Assembly: GCA_963768055.1 (NCBI GenBank)
Contig: CAVYGN010000002.1
Location: 1,440,001-1,504,000 of the forward strand
Length of the DNA stretch: 64,000 nt
DNA from: an uncultured Spirochaetota bacterium
GTDB lineage: Bacteria; Spirochaetota; Brevinematia; Brevinematales; JAOACQ01
Reading direction: 5' to 3'
The notes below the pieces were generated by a model that ran no database searches, had not been told where the DNA came from, and was given only the letters and a program-made list of their open reading frames with translations. Both the position numbers and the translations under genes were made by a program. This document shows positions 28,368-39,176 of the stretch, one piece after another; position 1 is the stretch's first letter, and each line of letters opens with the position of its first letter.

Positions 28368-29114
28368 TTAGTACATCACTATTCCGCCGTCGACTACAAT
28401 AACCTGCCCGGTTATATAATCAGAATCCGGTGAAGATAAAAATAACACTGCTTTAGCCACATCTTCGGGCTGCCCTATCCTGCCCATTGGGACCTGGGCC
28501 ATTAATTTTTGTTTTTCCGCTTCAGGGAGTTTATCGGTCATAGCCGATTGGATAAATCCGGGAGCGACTGCGTTAACATTGACATTCCTGGCGGCCAGTT
28601 CCCTGGCTGCGGTTTTTGTCAACGCTATTACTCCGGCTTTACTGGCCGAATAATTTGCCTGGCCGATGTTTCCCATCAAACCTATAATTGACGCGATGTT
28701 GACAATCTTACCGCTTTTCTGCTTCATCATAACCGGGAAAGCGGCTTTAATCCCGTTGAAAACCCCTTTAAGGTTGATATTCAGTACCGCTTCGAAATCT
28801 TCAGGAGTCATGCGAAGAATAAGATTGTCCCTGGTTATTCCGGCGTTGTTGACGAGAATATCGACGCCGCCCCATTCGTTTTTTGTTTTCTGGATTAATT
28901 CTTCAACTTCTTTAAAGCTAGTTACATCAGCCTTTATCGCGAAACTTTTTACGCCGAGAGCAGATATTTCTTCCGATGTTTGCACTGCCGCGTCCTGAAT
29001 AACATCGACTATCACGACGTTTGCCCCTTCCCCCGCAAGTATCATGGCGATAGATTTGCCGATACCCCTTGCGGATCCAGTAACGATCGCGTTCTTGCCT
29101 GAAAGTTTACCCAT
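28368..29114 (-). CDS. fabG: 3-oxoacyl-ACP reductase
   Basis: [29 protein letters not shown]. Confidence 0.95.
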   Translation of the reverse strand: MGKLSGKNAIVTGSARGIGKSIAMILAGEGANVVIVDVIQDAAVQTSEEISALGVKSFAIKADVTSFKEVEELIQKTKNEWGGVDILVNNAGITRDNLILRMTPEDFEAVLNINLKGVFNGIKAAFPVMMKQKSGKIVNIASIIGLMGNIGQANYSASKAGVIALTKTAARELAARNVNVNAVAPGFIQSAMTDKLPEAEKQKLMAQVPMGRIGQPEDVAKAVLFLSSPDSDYITGQVIVVDGGIVMY

Positions 29115-29136
29115 TTTGAACCCTCCGGTTGTAAAA

Positions 29137-30171
29137 CTAAGCGCTTTGAGAATCTATTCCGTTCATATTCAGTTCGCCAAGACGTTTATGGAGCTTTCCA
29201 AGTATATCATGCCGGACGGCATTTGCGGCAGCTTTAATTGCGTATTTAACCGCCCTTCTCCCCGATTTGCCATGACCTATATAAACATTCCCGTTTACCC
29301 CGAGCAGGGGAGCTCCGCCGTATTGTTCAGGATCGGATTTTTTCTTAAGCTCTACCAATGCACCTGCAAAAAACGGCAGGGTGAGAATCGCACCTATATG
29401 ATGAGAAAGGGATTTTTTTAAAATGTTGGTAAATAACGTCGCGGTCCCTTCTATGGTTTTAAGAGTAATGTTGCCTATATATCCATCGCATACGATTACA
29501 TCCACTTCGTTCGAGAGAAGCTGGTATCCTTCGACATTTCCCTTGAAGTTTATATCCATTTCTGAAAGCCTTTTAAATACCGCCCTGCTGGATGACGTTC
29601 CCTTATGGGACTCTTCGCCGATATTGAGAAATCCTATACGGGGATTTGAGTTGGAAAGCATTTCTTCCGCGTAAATTTTTCCCATTATCGCGAATTTTGC
29701 CAGGTCATCGACTTCGCAATCCATGCTTGCTCCAACATCCAGAAATATATTGGCCTTACCGTCGATATTGGGCAAAAGTGAAGCAAGCGCCGGTTTTTTT
29801 ACGCCCTTGACCCTTCCAAGCGTCAAGGCTGAAGCTACTACGATGGCCCCTGTGTTTCCGGGTGAAAAAAAGGCCTGGATATCTCCGTTTTTCAGGGCCT
29901 GCAAGCCTTTCGCTATGCTGGAATCCTTTTTCTGCTTCATAACAGCCAGGGGATCGTCATTCATTGTTATGACTTCAGAGGCTTCAATTATACTTATCCG
30001 GTTGATGTTTTTGTTAAGAAGGTGTTCCCTGTTCAATACGGGCTGATAAATGTCTCCCCTTCCAATCATAACAACTTCTATACCGGGATCCTCATTAACA
30101 GCGTCAATACAACCATGGATAAGTTTCCTTATGTCTGTTTCGCCGCTAATGATATCAACACCGATTTTCAT
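29137..30171 (-). CDS. plsX: Phosphate acyltransferase PlsX
   Basis: [39 protein letters not shown]. Confidence 0.93.
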   Translation of the reverse strand: MKIGVDIISGETDIRKLIHGCIDAVNEDPGIEVVMIGRGDIYQPVLNREHLLNKNINRISIIEASEVITMNDDPLAVMKQKKDSSIAKGLQALKNGDIQAFFSPGNTGAIVVASALTLGRVKGVKKPALASLLPNIDGKANIFLDVGASMDCEVDDLAKFAIMGKIYAEEMLSNSNPRIGFLNIGEESHKGTSSSRAVFKRLSEMDINFKGNVEGYQLLSNEVDVIVCDGYIGNITLKTIEGTATLFTNILKKSLSHHIGAILTLPFFAGALVELKKKSDPEQYGGAPLLGVNGNVYIGHGKSGRRAVKYAIKAAANAVRHDILGKLHKRLGELNMNGIDSQSA

Positions 30172-30185
30172 GAGGTTCTCCAAAA

Positions 30186-30383
30186 CTATTTTTCCTCTTT
30201 AACAACTTTAGTAATTATCTGTTTACCCTTGTAAAAGCCGCAGGATTCGCAAACCCTGTGAGGTAATTTTTTGGCGCCGCAATTAGGGCATATAGACATG
30301 GCCGTGGCTGAAGCCTTCAAATATCCGTTGGCTTTTCTCATCCGGCTTTTGCATTTAGCCGTTTTATGTTTTGGAACTGGCAT
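30186..30383 (-). CDS. rpmF: 50S ribosomal protein L32 (zinc-ribbon type)
   Basis: [23 protein letters not shown]. Confidence 0.95.
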   Translation of the reverse strand: MPVPKHKTAKCKSRMRKANGYLKASATAMSICPNCGAKKLPHRVCESCGFYKGKQIITKVVKEEK

Positions 30384-30419
30384 GATATTTTCTCCTTTCA
30401 AAAATATTCCAGAACGTAT

Positions 30420-30448
30420 ATTTTATCCTTACCTGAAGCGATTGTCAA
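30420..30448 (-). promoter_or_regulatory. sigma70 promoter of the rpmF-plsX-fab operon
   Basis: Minus strand TTGACA-N17-TAAAAT. Confidence 0.75.
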
Positions 30449-30463
30449 AAAAAGCGGCTGAAT

Positions 30464-30553
30464 AAAAAACCCCGCCTTTTTTTCAAATGGCGGGGTTCAC
30501 TCACTAAAGTGAGTTTGCAGAATTGGGAGGGGAATCTAATTCTGCGTAAATCA
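30464..30553 (-). ncRNA. Candidate sigma28-dependent small RNA (three hairpins)
   Basis: Stem GCAGAATT/AATTCTGC with loop AGAUUCCCCUCCC; stem ACTCAC/GTGAGT; terminator AACCCCGCC/GGCGGGGTT ending in a U6 tract; sigma28 promoter directly upstream; 5' end estimated. Confidence 0.65.
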
Positions 30554-30559
30554 ATTGAA

Positions 30560-30586
30560 TTATCGGACAAAGCGTAACATTTTTTA
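30560..30586 (-). promoter_or_regulatory. sigma28 promoter
   Basis: Minus strand TAAA-N15-TCCGATAA (consensus TAAA-N15-GCCGATAA). Confidence 0.7.
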
Positions 30587-30666
30587 ATTATTTTTACTAA
30601 ATTTTAATTTAAAAAATTTGTAACTACCTTTCGCTAAGCAGCATTAAGGCTCTTTAATACTTTTAA

Positions 30667-30789
30667 GGGCGCTTCAAAAAACCGCCTTTCAGGCGGCAAG
30701 GTAGCGCCCATAGGGTTTATGCCCGTAGGGTGCGGTTTCATTACAATTAGAACATTATTTATTACAAGGTTAGTTTTTGGAAACTGCCC
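30667..30789. mobile_element. MITE-like element, copy 1
   Basis: Ends GGGCGCTTCAAAAAAC and GTTTTTGGAAACTGCCC, TTAA on both sides; no ORF. Confidence 0.75.
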
Positions 30790-33225
30790 TTAACCCATTA
30801 TAACTTTAACATCATGGTCCTTGCCGTCGTTAAATACCGGCAGGACCCGGCCTGTTATAGCATTGCCGTCGACAGTGATAGATTTTATCCCGCTGGATAC
30901 TTTTGAAGGGTTTGAAATATAAATTTTATAATTAGAACCCCTGAAACGGCGCACTACAGAATAACTATCCCATCCCTTCGGGATGCATGGATTTATCTTC
31001 AATCCCTCAAAATCAGGTTGAATACCCAGTATCCATTGCGAGATAACGACAAAGTGCCACCCGGCGGTCCCGGTAAGCCAGGAATTCTTAGCCTCCCCAT
31101 GACGTTTGGCGTCTTTCCCGGCTATCATCTGGGAATAAACGTAGGGCTCCATCTTGTGGATATCGCTTTCATCCTCGGTGTATGCCGGTGAAACCTTGGC
31201 CCAGTAATCGAAAGCATTATCGCCCCTCCCGATTACTGTTTCTCCGGCTATGATCCAAGCGTTAGAATGGCAGAATATTCCCGCATTTTCTTTATAGCCT
31301 GCCGGGTACGTCGAAATCTCTCCCATATTGATATAATACCTGGTAAAAGCCGGGTTCTGGAGAACAAGGCCGTATTTTGTATCCAGATATTTTTTGCAGG
31401 AATCCAGGGCTTTCTCGATATATCCCTTTTCAAGTCCGATCCCGGCCATAGAACAAATTCCCTGGGTTTCAATAAATATCCTTCCCTCTTCGTTTTCATG
31501 ACTGCCTATTTTATTGCTGAAATCGTCATAAGCCCTCAGAAACCATTCCCCATCCCAGCCATGTTCCATAACCGTATCTTTCATTTTTTTAAGCATATTT
31601 TCCGCGTCTTCAGCTTCCTTTTCATTTTCCATATATCTGCACATTTTCATGTAATCGGGCCCGCAATAGATAAAAAGACCAGCGATGAATACCGATTCTG
31701 CGACTTTTCCGTCCTTGCTGGTAGTAGTCTGGAACGATTCGTCGGGTGTCCCGGAAAAACAGTTTAAATTTAAACAATCGTTCCAATCCGCCCTGCCTAT
31801 GAGGGGAAGGCTATGGGGCCCTACATTATTGACTGCATGGTAAAACGAGCGTTTCAAATGTTCGAAAAGCGAAGCTTTATTATTCTCATTATTATCGAAA
31901 GGAACAATCTCCTTAAGAATTGACCAGTCTCCTGTTTCTTTTATATAGGCTCCGGTTGAAAGGATTATCCAAAGCGGATCGTCGTTGAAATTCCCTCCGA
32001 CTTCATTGTTCCCTTTCTTTGTTAAAGGCTGGTATTGATGATAGGCGCCGCCGTCAGGAAGCTGTGTCGCCGCCAGATCCAGTATCCTTTCCCTTGCCCT
32101 CTCGGGTATCTGGTGCATAAAACCCAGAAGATCCTGATTGGAATCCCTGAAGCCCATACCCCGTCCGATACCGGATTCGAAGTATGAAGCGCTTCTTGAC
32201 ATGTTAAAAGTTACCATGCATTGGTATTGATTCCAAATGTTGACCATACGCTGAAGCTTCTCATCGCCGGTTTCTATACGGTAAATTGAGAGGAGCCCTT
32301 CCCAGTATGACTTTAGTTCGGCGAAGGCCCTGTCAACGTCAACGCCTTTTTTGAATTTTTCTATCATTTCATAGGCTTTAATCTTATTAATGATCCCTTT
32401 GGACTGCCATTTTTCGGAATCGGGATTTTCAATATAGCCTAGAACAAAAATTAGCTCCTTTTCCTCACCGGGTTTAAGAGTAATGTTTATACTATGTGAA
32501 GCTACAGGGGACCAGCCGTCGGCAATGGAATTGCCTGAATGGCCCCGGATAACCGCCTGCGGGGCGTCAGGGCCGTTGTATAAACCGATAAAACTGTCCC
32601 GGTCGCTGTCATAACCGTCAATCTTAGTGTTTACAGAATAAAAAGAATAATGATTGCGTCTCTCCTTGTATTCTGTTTTATGAAATATTACGGAGTTTTC
32701 GATTTCCACTTCCCCGGTATTAAAATTTCTTTGAAAATTCGTCATGTCGTCCCATGCATTCCAGAGACAGAATTCAATATAAGAAAAAAGAACAATCTCC
32801 TTGTCAGAACCGGAGGTATTTTTCAATGTTAATTTATGAATCTCGCAATTTGTATGGAGGGGGACAAAAATAAGGGTATTGGCCCTTATCCCGTTTCTTT
32901 CACCTGTAATCGAGGTATATCCCAGGCCATGCCGGCACTCGTAAAATTCAAGGTCCTTTTTTACCGGTTTCCATCCCGGCGACCAATAGTCTCCGTCGTC
33001 GTTTATATAAAAATAACGTCCGTTATTATCGACCGGCACTTCATTATATCGGAAGCGCGTAATCCTTCTGAGTTTGGCATCTTTAAAAAAACAATATCCG
33101 CCTGCAGTATTGGAAATAAGCGAGAAAAAATCCTGAGTGCCCAGATAATTTATCCATGGGAATGGGGTTTGCGGGGTAGTGATCACGTACTCTCTATGGG
33201 AGTCATCAAAATGCCCAAATTTCAT
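30790..33225 (-). CDS. cbpA: GH94 cellobiose phosphorylase
   Basis: [73 protein letters not shown]. Confidence 0.93.
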   Translation of the reverse strand: MKFGHFDDSHREYVITTPQTPFPWINYLGTQDFFSLISNTAGGYCFFKDAKLRRITRFRYNEVPVDNNGRYFYINDDGDYWSPGWKPVKKDLEFYECRHGLGYTSITGERNGIRANTLIFVPLHTNCEIHKLTLKNTSGSDKEIVLFSYIEFCLWNAWDDMTNFQRNFNTGEVEIENSVIFHKTEYKERRNHYSFYSVNTKIDGYDSDRDSFIGLYNGPDAPQAVIRGHSGNSIADGWSPVASHSINITLKPGEEKELIFVLGYIENPDSEKWQSKGIINKIKAYEMIEKFKKGVDVDRAFAELKSYWEGLLSIYRIETGDEKLQRMVNIWNQYQCMVTFNMSRSASYFESGIGRGMGFRDSNQDLLGFMHQIPERARERILDLAATQLPDGGAYHQYQPLTKKGNNEVGGNFNDDPLWIILSTGAYIKETGDWSILKEIVPFDNNENNKASLFEHLKRSFYHAVNNVGPHSLPLIGRADWNDCLNLNCFSGTPDESFQTTTSKDGKVAESVFIAGLFIYCGPDYMKMCRYMENEKEAEDAENMLKKMKDTVMEHGWDGEWFLRAYDDFSNKIGSHENEEGRIFIETQGICSMAGIGLEKGYIEKALDSCKKYLDTKYGLVLQNPAFTRYYINMGEISTYPAGYKENAGIFCHSNAWIIAGETVIGRGDNAFDYWAKVSPAYTEDESDIHKMEPYVYSQMIAGKDAKRHGEAKNSWLTGTAGWHFVVISQWILGIQPDFEGLKINPCIPKGWDSYSVVRRFRGSNYKIYISNPSKVSSGIKSITVDGNAITGRVLPVFNDGKDHDVKVIMG

Positions 33226-33325
33226 TGTTAATTCCTCCTAAACGCGCTTTTATGGGGGTAACAAGGTGCGAGAATAAATGGCAATAAAACTTTATACTGT
33301 TTACTCGCTGCTCGATACTTTTTAC

Positions 33326-33377
33326 ATAAACGTTTATTTATTAGCAATATTATAAATTAAGCATAGGAATAGATCAA
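33326..33377 (-). promoter_or_regulatory. sigma70 promoter and LacI-type operator upstream of cellobiose phosphorylase
   Basis: TTGATC-N17-TATAAT (33377-33349); perfect palindrome ATAAACGTTTAT 33326-33337 just downstream. Confidence 0.65.
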
Positions 33378-33425
33378 GATTTAACACTTTAATTCCATAT
33401 CCTATAATAGTTAATCTATCAATTG

Positions 33426-34772
33426 TTACAGTACTCTTCCGGCTTTGATGACCGATGAGTAATATTTCCCGCTTAGTTTGACAGTCCTGGCCATATTGGC
33501 ATAATTTACGCGGACAATGCCGAACCGCTTTGTGAACCCCCAGGCCCATTCGAAATTATCCATCAGGCTCCACAAAAAATATCCCTTCAGATTCATCCCG
33601 TCCTTAATTGCACCGGAGCACATTTCAAGGTGGGTCCTTAGATATTCAAGGCGGTCTATGTCAAGTATTTCACCTTCATCGGTTTCATTATCATCGCAAG
33701 CTATGCCGTTCTCGGAGATAAACATAGGAACATCCGGAAAATAATCCCTGGAATGCTTCAGGGTATAATATAAAGCTTTTGGGGTAATTCCCCAGTTCAT
33801 TTCAGATTTCGGGTAAGATTTTGTAATTGGAATGATTTCATACCCCGCTTCGTTATCGCTTGCCCTTACAGGATCGCCGTAATAGAAATTATAGCCGATG
33901 AAATCGAGCTTCTGAGAGATTAATTTCATTTCTTCTTCAGTAAAATCAGCCATATCTTTGCCCGCTCTATTGGAAAATCCCCTGCTGTACGTTCCGGTCA
34001 TTAAAGGAAAGAGAATTTGCTGGTTTTTGTCGCTCCAGGCCTTGGAAGCTGCAGCGATATGCTCTTTTGAATCGTAAACCGGCCATGTATGGGCCGGAAC
34101 CTCAACAATACCGACAGATACCTTATTGTTCGCCGAAGCTCTGATCGCCGATACTGCCAGGCCATGGCCCAGAAGTGCATTATGGACTGTCTGGTTTATT
34201 ACTTTACTGCTTTCGATTTTACCCGGGGCATGCACATCAAAGGCATGAGCCAGCGTTGTAAAACAGAATATCTCGTTCATTGTTGACCAAAATTTGATCC
34301 TGTCGGATAGTTTATCTGCCATCAGTGCTGAATAATCGGCGAAAATTTTAGAAACCTCTTTATTTCTCCAGCCGCCGTATTTGTCTTCCAAAACCTGCGG
34401 CATGTCCCAGTGATAAAGGGTTGCAAAAGGTTCGATCCCTGCTTTCAGTAATTCATCGACAAGTTTGCTGTAAAAATCGATGCCCTTCAAATTCACTTTT
34501 CCTTCCCCTTCCGGAAAAATCCGGGGCCATGCAATTGAAAACCTATACGCATTAAGCCCGAGTTCCTTCATTAGCGCAACATCTTCCTTGTACAGGTGAT
34601 AATGGTCGCAAGCCCTGTCTCCATTATCGTTATTAAGAGTCTTTCCAGGCCTTCTGGCGAACTTGTCCCAGACGGAAAGTCCCCTGCCGTCTTCGTTAAA
34701 GGCGCCTTCAACCTGGTAGGAAGCTGTTGAGGCTCCCCATAGGAAATCTTTGGGAAAAGAAAAAGAACTCAT
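33426..34772 (-). CDS. bglA: GH1 beta-glucosidase
   Basis: FLWGASTASYQVEG, YRFSIAWPRI, TMNE acid/base, ISENG nucleophile, WSLMDNFEW; start 34772 probable (alternative 34790). Confidence 0.93.
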   Translation of the reverse strand: MSSFSFPKDFLWGASTASYQVEGAFNEDGRGLSVWDKFARRPGKTLNNDNGDRACDHYHLYKEDVALMKELGLNAYRFSIAWPRIFPEGEGKVNLKGIDFYSKLVDELLKAGIEPFATLYHWDMPQVLEDKYGGWRNKEVSKIFADYSALMADKLSDRIKFWSTMNEIFCFTTLAHAFDVHAPGKIESSKVINQTVHNALLGHGLAVSAIRASANNKVSVGIVEVPAHTWPVYDSKEHIAAASKAWSDKNQQILFPLMTGTYSRGFSNRAGKDMADFTEEEMKLISQKLDFIGYNFYYGDPVRASDNEAGYEIIPITKSYPKSEMNWGITPKALYYTLKHSRDYFPDVPMFISENGIACDDNETDEGEILDIDRLEYLRTHLEMCSGAIKDGMNLKGYFLWSLMDNFEWAWGFTKRFGIVRVNYANMARTVKLSGKYYSSVIKAGRVL

Positions 34773-34882
34773 AACCGCTCCCATGATCATGAACGTTCAA
34801 AGGTGGATAGAAAATAAGGGTATAATTATAAAAGAGTTCAATAGATTGGTCAATTATCGTCTGAATCTTTAAAAAAATATTT

Positions 34883-36433
34883 TCAGTTCGAGTCCTTCTT
34901 GTATGAACCTATCTTTTCCAGGATCAGCTTAAGGCTGTTTTCCGAATTATCGGTTAGATTAAATTCCAGCCGGAGATTCGCTGTATCGCTTTCCGTACGG
35001 TTGAAAGTCATCCGGATATCAGTGAAAAAATTCCCGATCAGGGCGGCGATAAAAGCACTGTCTCCCTTCCCGTTTTCGGTTATTTTTTTTATTAGCGTGG
35101 TCATATCAACATAGCCTGCAGCAGTATTTTCCCGCGCAAAATTTAACAATTCGGTCCTGACCGCAGGTTTAATATTGTTCTTTGAGACAAGAAAGTCTTT
35201 CAAAGGGGCTGTCGCAAAGTATATCCTGTCATTTTTAATAACAATGTAGGTGTTTCCGGATACCTTGTTCGCTTTCTTATCCGGTCCATTTTCAATAATG
35301 TATACGTTTTTATATTTTTTGTCCTTAGCTAGGGCTTTGGATTTTAATAGCTTGCCGATCATAAGGTTCATTTTACCCTTATCCCTGACCACCGCAGTAA
35401 GGCCCGGTTCTATATCACTTTTTTTGCGGCCTATATCAGTCGCAAAAAAAAGAAAATCGCCGCTTAATGCAGCTATTATGTCTTCTTTGTCTATCCCCAA
35501 TATTGAAAGGTTTTTATCAAGCCCTTTAATGAACTCAGATGAGATTTGATTCGTTTCATTTAATATTTTCATATCGGCGTCAATTGATAAAAAGCCTATC
35601 AGCTTATTACCCGGCAAAGAGTTGAATAAATTGGGCCCGGCCTTTTTTTTGCTTAAGGCATCATTATAACCATTTGTATTCAGTCCGATGATGTCGACAT
35701 TTATAACGGCTTTGCCGCTATAAAATTGAAAGTTTATTGCGGCTTCAGAAGCAGAATTTATATCTTCCAATCCATTAATACTTCCATTTAGAAGAGATTT
35801 TAATGAAAACCATAGTGAAAGATCGGAGGGTTTTTCCATCAGCCTTTTAATGCCGGTTCGGGATATGAAATTTGTATTACTCTCATTTGCGAACAATTCG
35901 GACATTTCATCCTGCAGGTTGATCCCGTCTATGTCCGAACTCAGGATCATTACCGCGCCGCCGGTCCATCCCATAATTCCTGAATCGGTTTCTATAAAAT
36001 TGAAATCATTTGTTTTTTTTATAGCCATGGAATTGCTTGCGCCCGATTGTTCTTTAATGAAATTCTCCAGTTTCGAGGAATCGTTCAAAGGGAAAATTAA
36101 TCCTGAAAGGAGCGTTTGATTGCTGTTTGTCAAAACAACAAACATGAGACCCCTTTGAAAAGGGTTCAATCCGATTTCAGAGGGATTTTCGATCGCTTTT
36201 TTAATAACGGCTTCGCCGGTGAATTTCCCTGACAAGCCTTTAACCCCATTCCAGGACAGGCCTTTTTTGACAAGCCCGTCCAGATTGAAAAACATTATGA
36301 CGGTGGAATGCGGGTGGGCGTACTTGAGAACAGGTATGTTTTCAATCTCATTCTGGGCGTATGATAAGTTGAAAGCTAATGAGGCAATAATGAAAGGCAT
36401 TATCATGACGATGATTTTCATGATTATTTTCAT
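34883..36433 (-). CDS. Exported hypothetical protein (DUF4836-like)
   Basis: Long ORF with signal peptide, own sigma70 promoter (36494-36466), C-terminal NLTDNSENSLK. Confidence 0.55.
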   Translation of the reverse strand: MKIIMKIIVMIMPFIIASLAFNLSYAQNEIENIPVLKYAHPHSTVIMFFNLDGLVKKGLSWNGVKGLSGKFTGEAVIKKAIENPSEIGLNPFQRGLMFVVLTNSNQTLLSGLIFPLNDSSKLENFIKEQSGASNSMAIKKTNDFNFIETDSGIMGWTGGAVMILSSDIDGINLQDEMSELFANESNTNFISRTGIKRLMEKPSDLSLWFSLKSLLNGSINGLEDINSASEAAINFQFYSGKAVINVDIIGLNTNGYNDALSKKKAGPNLFNSLPGNKLIGFLSIDADMKILNETNQISSEFIKGLDKNLSILGIDKEDIIAALSGDFLFFATDIGRKKSDIEPGLTAVVRDKGKMNLMIGKLLKSKALAKDKKYKNVYIIENGPDKKANKVSGNTYIVIKNDRIYFATAPLKDFLVSKNNIKPAVRTELLNFARENTAAGYVDMTTLIKKITENGKGDSAFIAALIGNFFTDIRMTFNRTESDTANLRLEFNLTDNSENSLKLILEKIGSYKKDSN

Positions 36434-36628
36434 TTAAAAACTCCTTTTCCCGGATTAATAATCTTATTTTAATAAAACCATTGCCGATTGTCAAAATGAT
36501 AGTTTGTTCAGGTTTTCCATTCCTTTATATAGTTTATTATTTTAAACCTCCTGATTTAAAGTGTAATCTTTGACATGAGGAGATATTGGTTTTAAAATTA
36601 TGCGAATAATGCTTGTAAAGGACCTTTT

Positions 36629-37825
36629 ATGATTGAATACGCAAAGAGAGTAAGGAAGCTCGAAACCTCGGCGACACTGGCTATGGCGTCCAGATCCAAA
36701 GAGATGATGAGGGCGGGTATAGACGTTATTTCATTAGCCGCGGGTGAACCGGATTGGGACCCTCCCTTTGAGGCAAAAGAGGCTTCAATGAATGCCATTC
36801 AGGAGGGAAACGCCCATTATACTGAAAACTCAGGCCTTCCAGCACTTAAGGAACTCATAGTCGACAAACTTAAAGATGAAAATAACCTGATGCTCGATAA
36901 AAAGAACATTATTGTAACATCAGGGGCGAAGTTCGCGCTTTATTCGGCGCTGCAGTCGCTTGTGGATGAAGGCGATGAGGTCCTGGTTCCCGTACCCTAT
37001 TGGGTCAGTTATGTGGAGCAGATCAAACTTGCCGGAGGGGTCCCGAAACTTGTTCTTACCGCTGAAGACGATGGATTTAAAATCGACATTAATGATCTGG
37101 AGAGGCACATATCATCAAGGGTAAAGGGCATAATATTAAATAACCCTTCTAACCCTGCCGGCGTGACATATTCTCAGGATGAATTGAAAATTATCGGCGA
37201 TATTGCAGTTAAAAAAAATATTTTTATTATTTCCGATGAGATTTATGAATATTTTAATTATGCAGGAAGCCACATTTCAATCGCATCGCTATCTCAGGAA
37301 ATCTTTAACAACACTATAACGATAAACGGTTTTTCTAAAGCATACTCCATGCCCGGGTGGAGAGTAGGTTATGCCGCAGCAAATGAAGAAATTATTAAAA
37401 AAATGGACGAGCTGCAAAGCCACTCGACATCAAACCCTAATACCATTGCCCAGCATGCATGTATTTCCTGTCTCAAGGGTTCAAAGAAATATGTCGAAAA
37501 GATGGTTTCCGAGTTCAGAGAAAGACGGGATTTCATTGTAAGAGCGCTCAACGGTATTCATGGCGTACGATGCCTGTTGCCTGATGGCACTTTTTATACG
37601 TTTCCAAATATTCAATATTACCTTGCCAAGGAAATAGGCGGCGCCATTCCGACCAACTCATCGGATTTTTCAGGGATATTGCTTGAAAAAGCCCATGTCG
37701 GAGTAGTTCCCGGCAGCGCATTCGGCCTTGAAGGGTATATACGCATATCCTATACACAACCCTTGAGCCGTTTGGAGGAGGCCGTTAAAAGGATCCGAAG
37801 TCTCCTTGACCGCATCGACCAGTGA
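36629..37825 (+). CDS. aspC: Aspartate aminotransferase family (class I PLP)
   Basis: AGEPD, PYWVSY, NNPSNPAG, SDEIY, NGFSKAYSMPGWRVG; promoter TTGACA-N17-TAAAAT at 36570-36598. Confidence 0.9.
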   Translation: MIEYAKRVRKLETSATLAMASRSKEMMRAGIDVISLAAGEPDWDPPFEAKEASMNAIQEGNAHYTENSGLPALKELIVDKLKDENNLMLDKKNIIVTSGAKFALYSALQSLVDEGDEVLVPVPYWVSYVEQIKLAGGVPKLVLTAEDDGFKIDINDLERHISSRVKGIILNNPSNPAGVTYSQDELKIIGDIAVKKNIFIISDEIYEYFNYAGSHISIASLSQEIFNNTITINGFSKAYSMPGWRVGYAAANEEIIKKMDELQSHSTSNPNTIAQHACISCLKGSKKYVEKMVSEFRERRDFIVRALNGIHGVRCLLPDGTFYTFPNIQYYLAKEIGGAIPTNSSDFSGILLEKAHVGVVPGSAFGLEGYIRISYTQPLSRLEEAVKRIRSLLDRIDQ

Positions 37826-37862
37826 TTGAAGTATTAATAAAAAATGGAGGTTTTTCTGAATA

Positions 37863-38375
37863 ATGGAAAAAGACATTTGCGGCTTTAATATCACATTTTT
37901 AAAGCAGGTCAATAATCTGATGATGGATTCAAATATCCAGGAACTTGAAATAGAAGAAGGAGATTCCCTGTATCTGCGCATTTCAAAGAAAAAATCGGTA
38001 ATTGATAAATCCGAATACAATGGCCAGCCGGAGCTCCAAGATATTATTCAAGCGCCGGCGGAAGCGCATCAAAAACCTCAGGTTCAAACAAACCAGGAAA
38101 AGCCCGTTAAAAGTAAATATGACGATGAGACAAAGTATTACAGGATCAAATCCCCGGTAATAGGAACTTTTTACGAGGCCCCGGCACCGCAGTCTCCCCC
38201 TTATGTAAAACCTGGAGATACCGTATCCAAGGATACGACTGTCTGCATTGTGGAAGCCATGAAGATCATGAACGAGATAAAAGCTGATGTCCAGGGAAGG
38301 ATTGTTGAAATTTTCAAGTCTAATGGAAGTCCTGTCCAATCGGGTGAAGCCCTCTATTTAATAGAATTAATGTAA
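37863..38375 (+). CDS. accB: Biotin carboxyl carrier protein of acetyl-CoA carboxylase
   Basis: IKSPVIGTFY and VEAMKIMNEI biotinyl-lysine motif. Confidence 0.93.
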   Translation: MEKDICGFNITFLKQVNNLMMDSNIQELEIEEGDSLYLRISKKKSVIDKSEYNGQPELQDIIQAPAEAHQKPQVQTNQEKPVKSKYDDETKYYRIKSPVIGTFYEAPAPQSPPYVKPGDTVSKDTTVCIVEAMKIMNEIKADVQGRIVEIFKSNGSPVQSGEALYLIELM

Positions 38376-38389
38376 GGCAGGTATGATAA

Positions 38390-39157
38390 ATGCTTGCTAA
38401 GCGCATAATACCCTGCCTTGACATCGACAAGGGCAGGGTCGTAAAGGGCATAAATTTCATTGATATCAGGGATGCTGGAGATCCGGTCGAGAATGCGATC
38501 TATTATAATGACGAAGGTGCGGATGAACTTATTTTCCTGGATATAACTGCAAGCCATGAAAAACGCAGTACTATGATAGAAGTAGCCCGAAGAGTGGCAC
38601 AAAGGATATTTATACCCTTCACAGTCGGCGGCGGGATAAGAACAATTGAGGATATAAGGAATATGCTTAACGCAGGTGCGGACAAGGTGTCAATAAACTC
38701 CGCGGCAGTGAATAATCCGGCTTTTGTTAAAGAAGCCGCAAGGGTATTCGGCAGTTCAACGATTGTAGTCGCTATCGATGTAAAAAAAATTGATGATTCG
38801 ATATGGCATGTTTTCATTAACGGTGGTAGAATAGACACCGGTCTAAATGGACTCGATTGGGCGGAAAGGGTCTCTAAACTCGGCGCGGGAGAAATTTTAC
38901 TTACTTCAATGGATAAAGATGGAACAAAAGAAGGTTTTGATAATGAATTAACTTCACTTGTCTGCAGCAGGGTATCCATACCGGTAATCGCCTCCGGCGG
39001 AGCGGGAAAGATAGATCATTTTCTGGAAGCGTTTGAAATTGGAAAGGCAAGCGCCGCTTTAGCCGCATCCCTCTTTCATTACCGTGAACTAACGATAACG
39101 GAGGTGAAAAATTATCTTAAAATACATGACATTCCGGTCAGGCTCGATTATTTATGA
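38390..39157 (+). CDS. hisF: Imidazole glycerol phosphate synthase cyclase subunit
   Basis: [34 protein letters not shown]. Confidence 0.97.
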   Translation: MLAKRIIPCLDIDKGRVVKGINFIDIRDAGDPVENAIYYNDEGADELIFLDITASHEKRSTMIEVARRVAQRIFIPFTVGGGIRTIEDIRNMLNAGADKVSINSAAVNNPAFVKEAARVFGSSTIVVAIDVKKIDDSIWHVFINGGRIDTGLNGLDWAERVSKLGAGEILLTSMDKDGTKEGFDNELTSLVCSRVSIPVIASGGAGKIDHFLEAFEIGKASAALAASLFHYRELTITEVKNYLKIHDIPVRLDYL

Positions 39158-39176
39158 GGATTAACAGGAGATTTCA

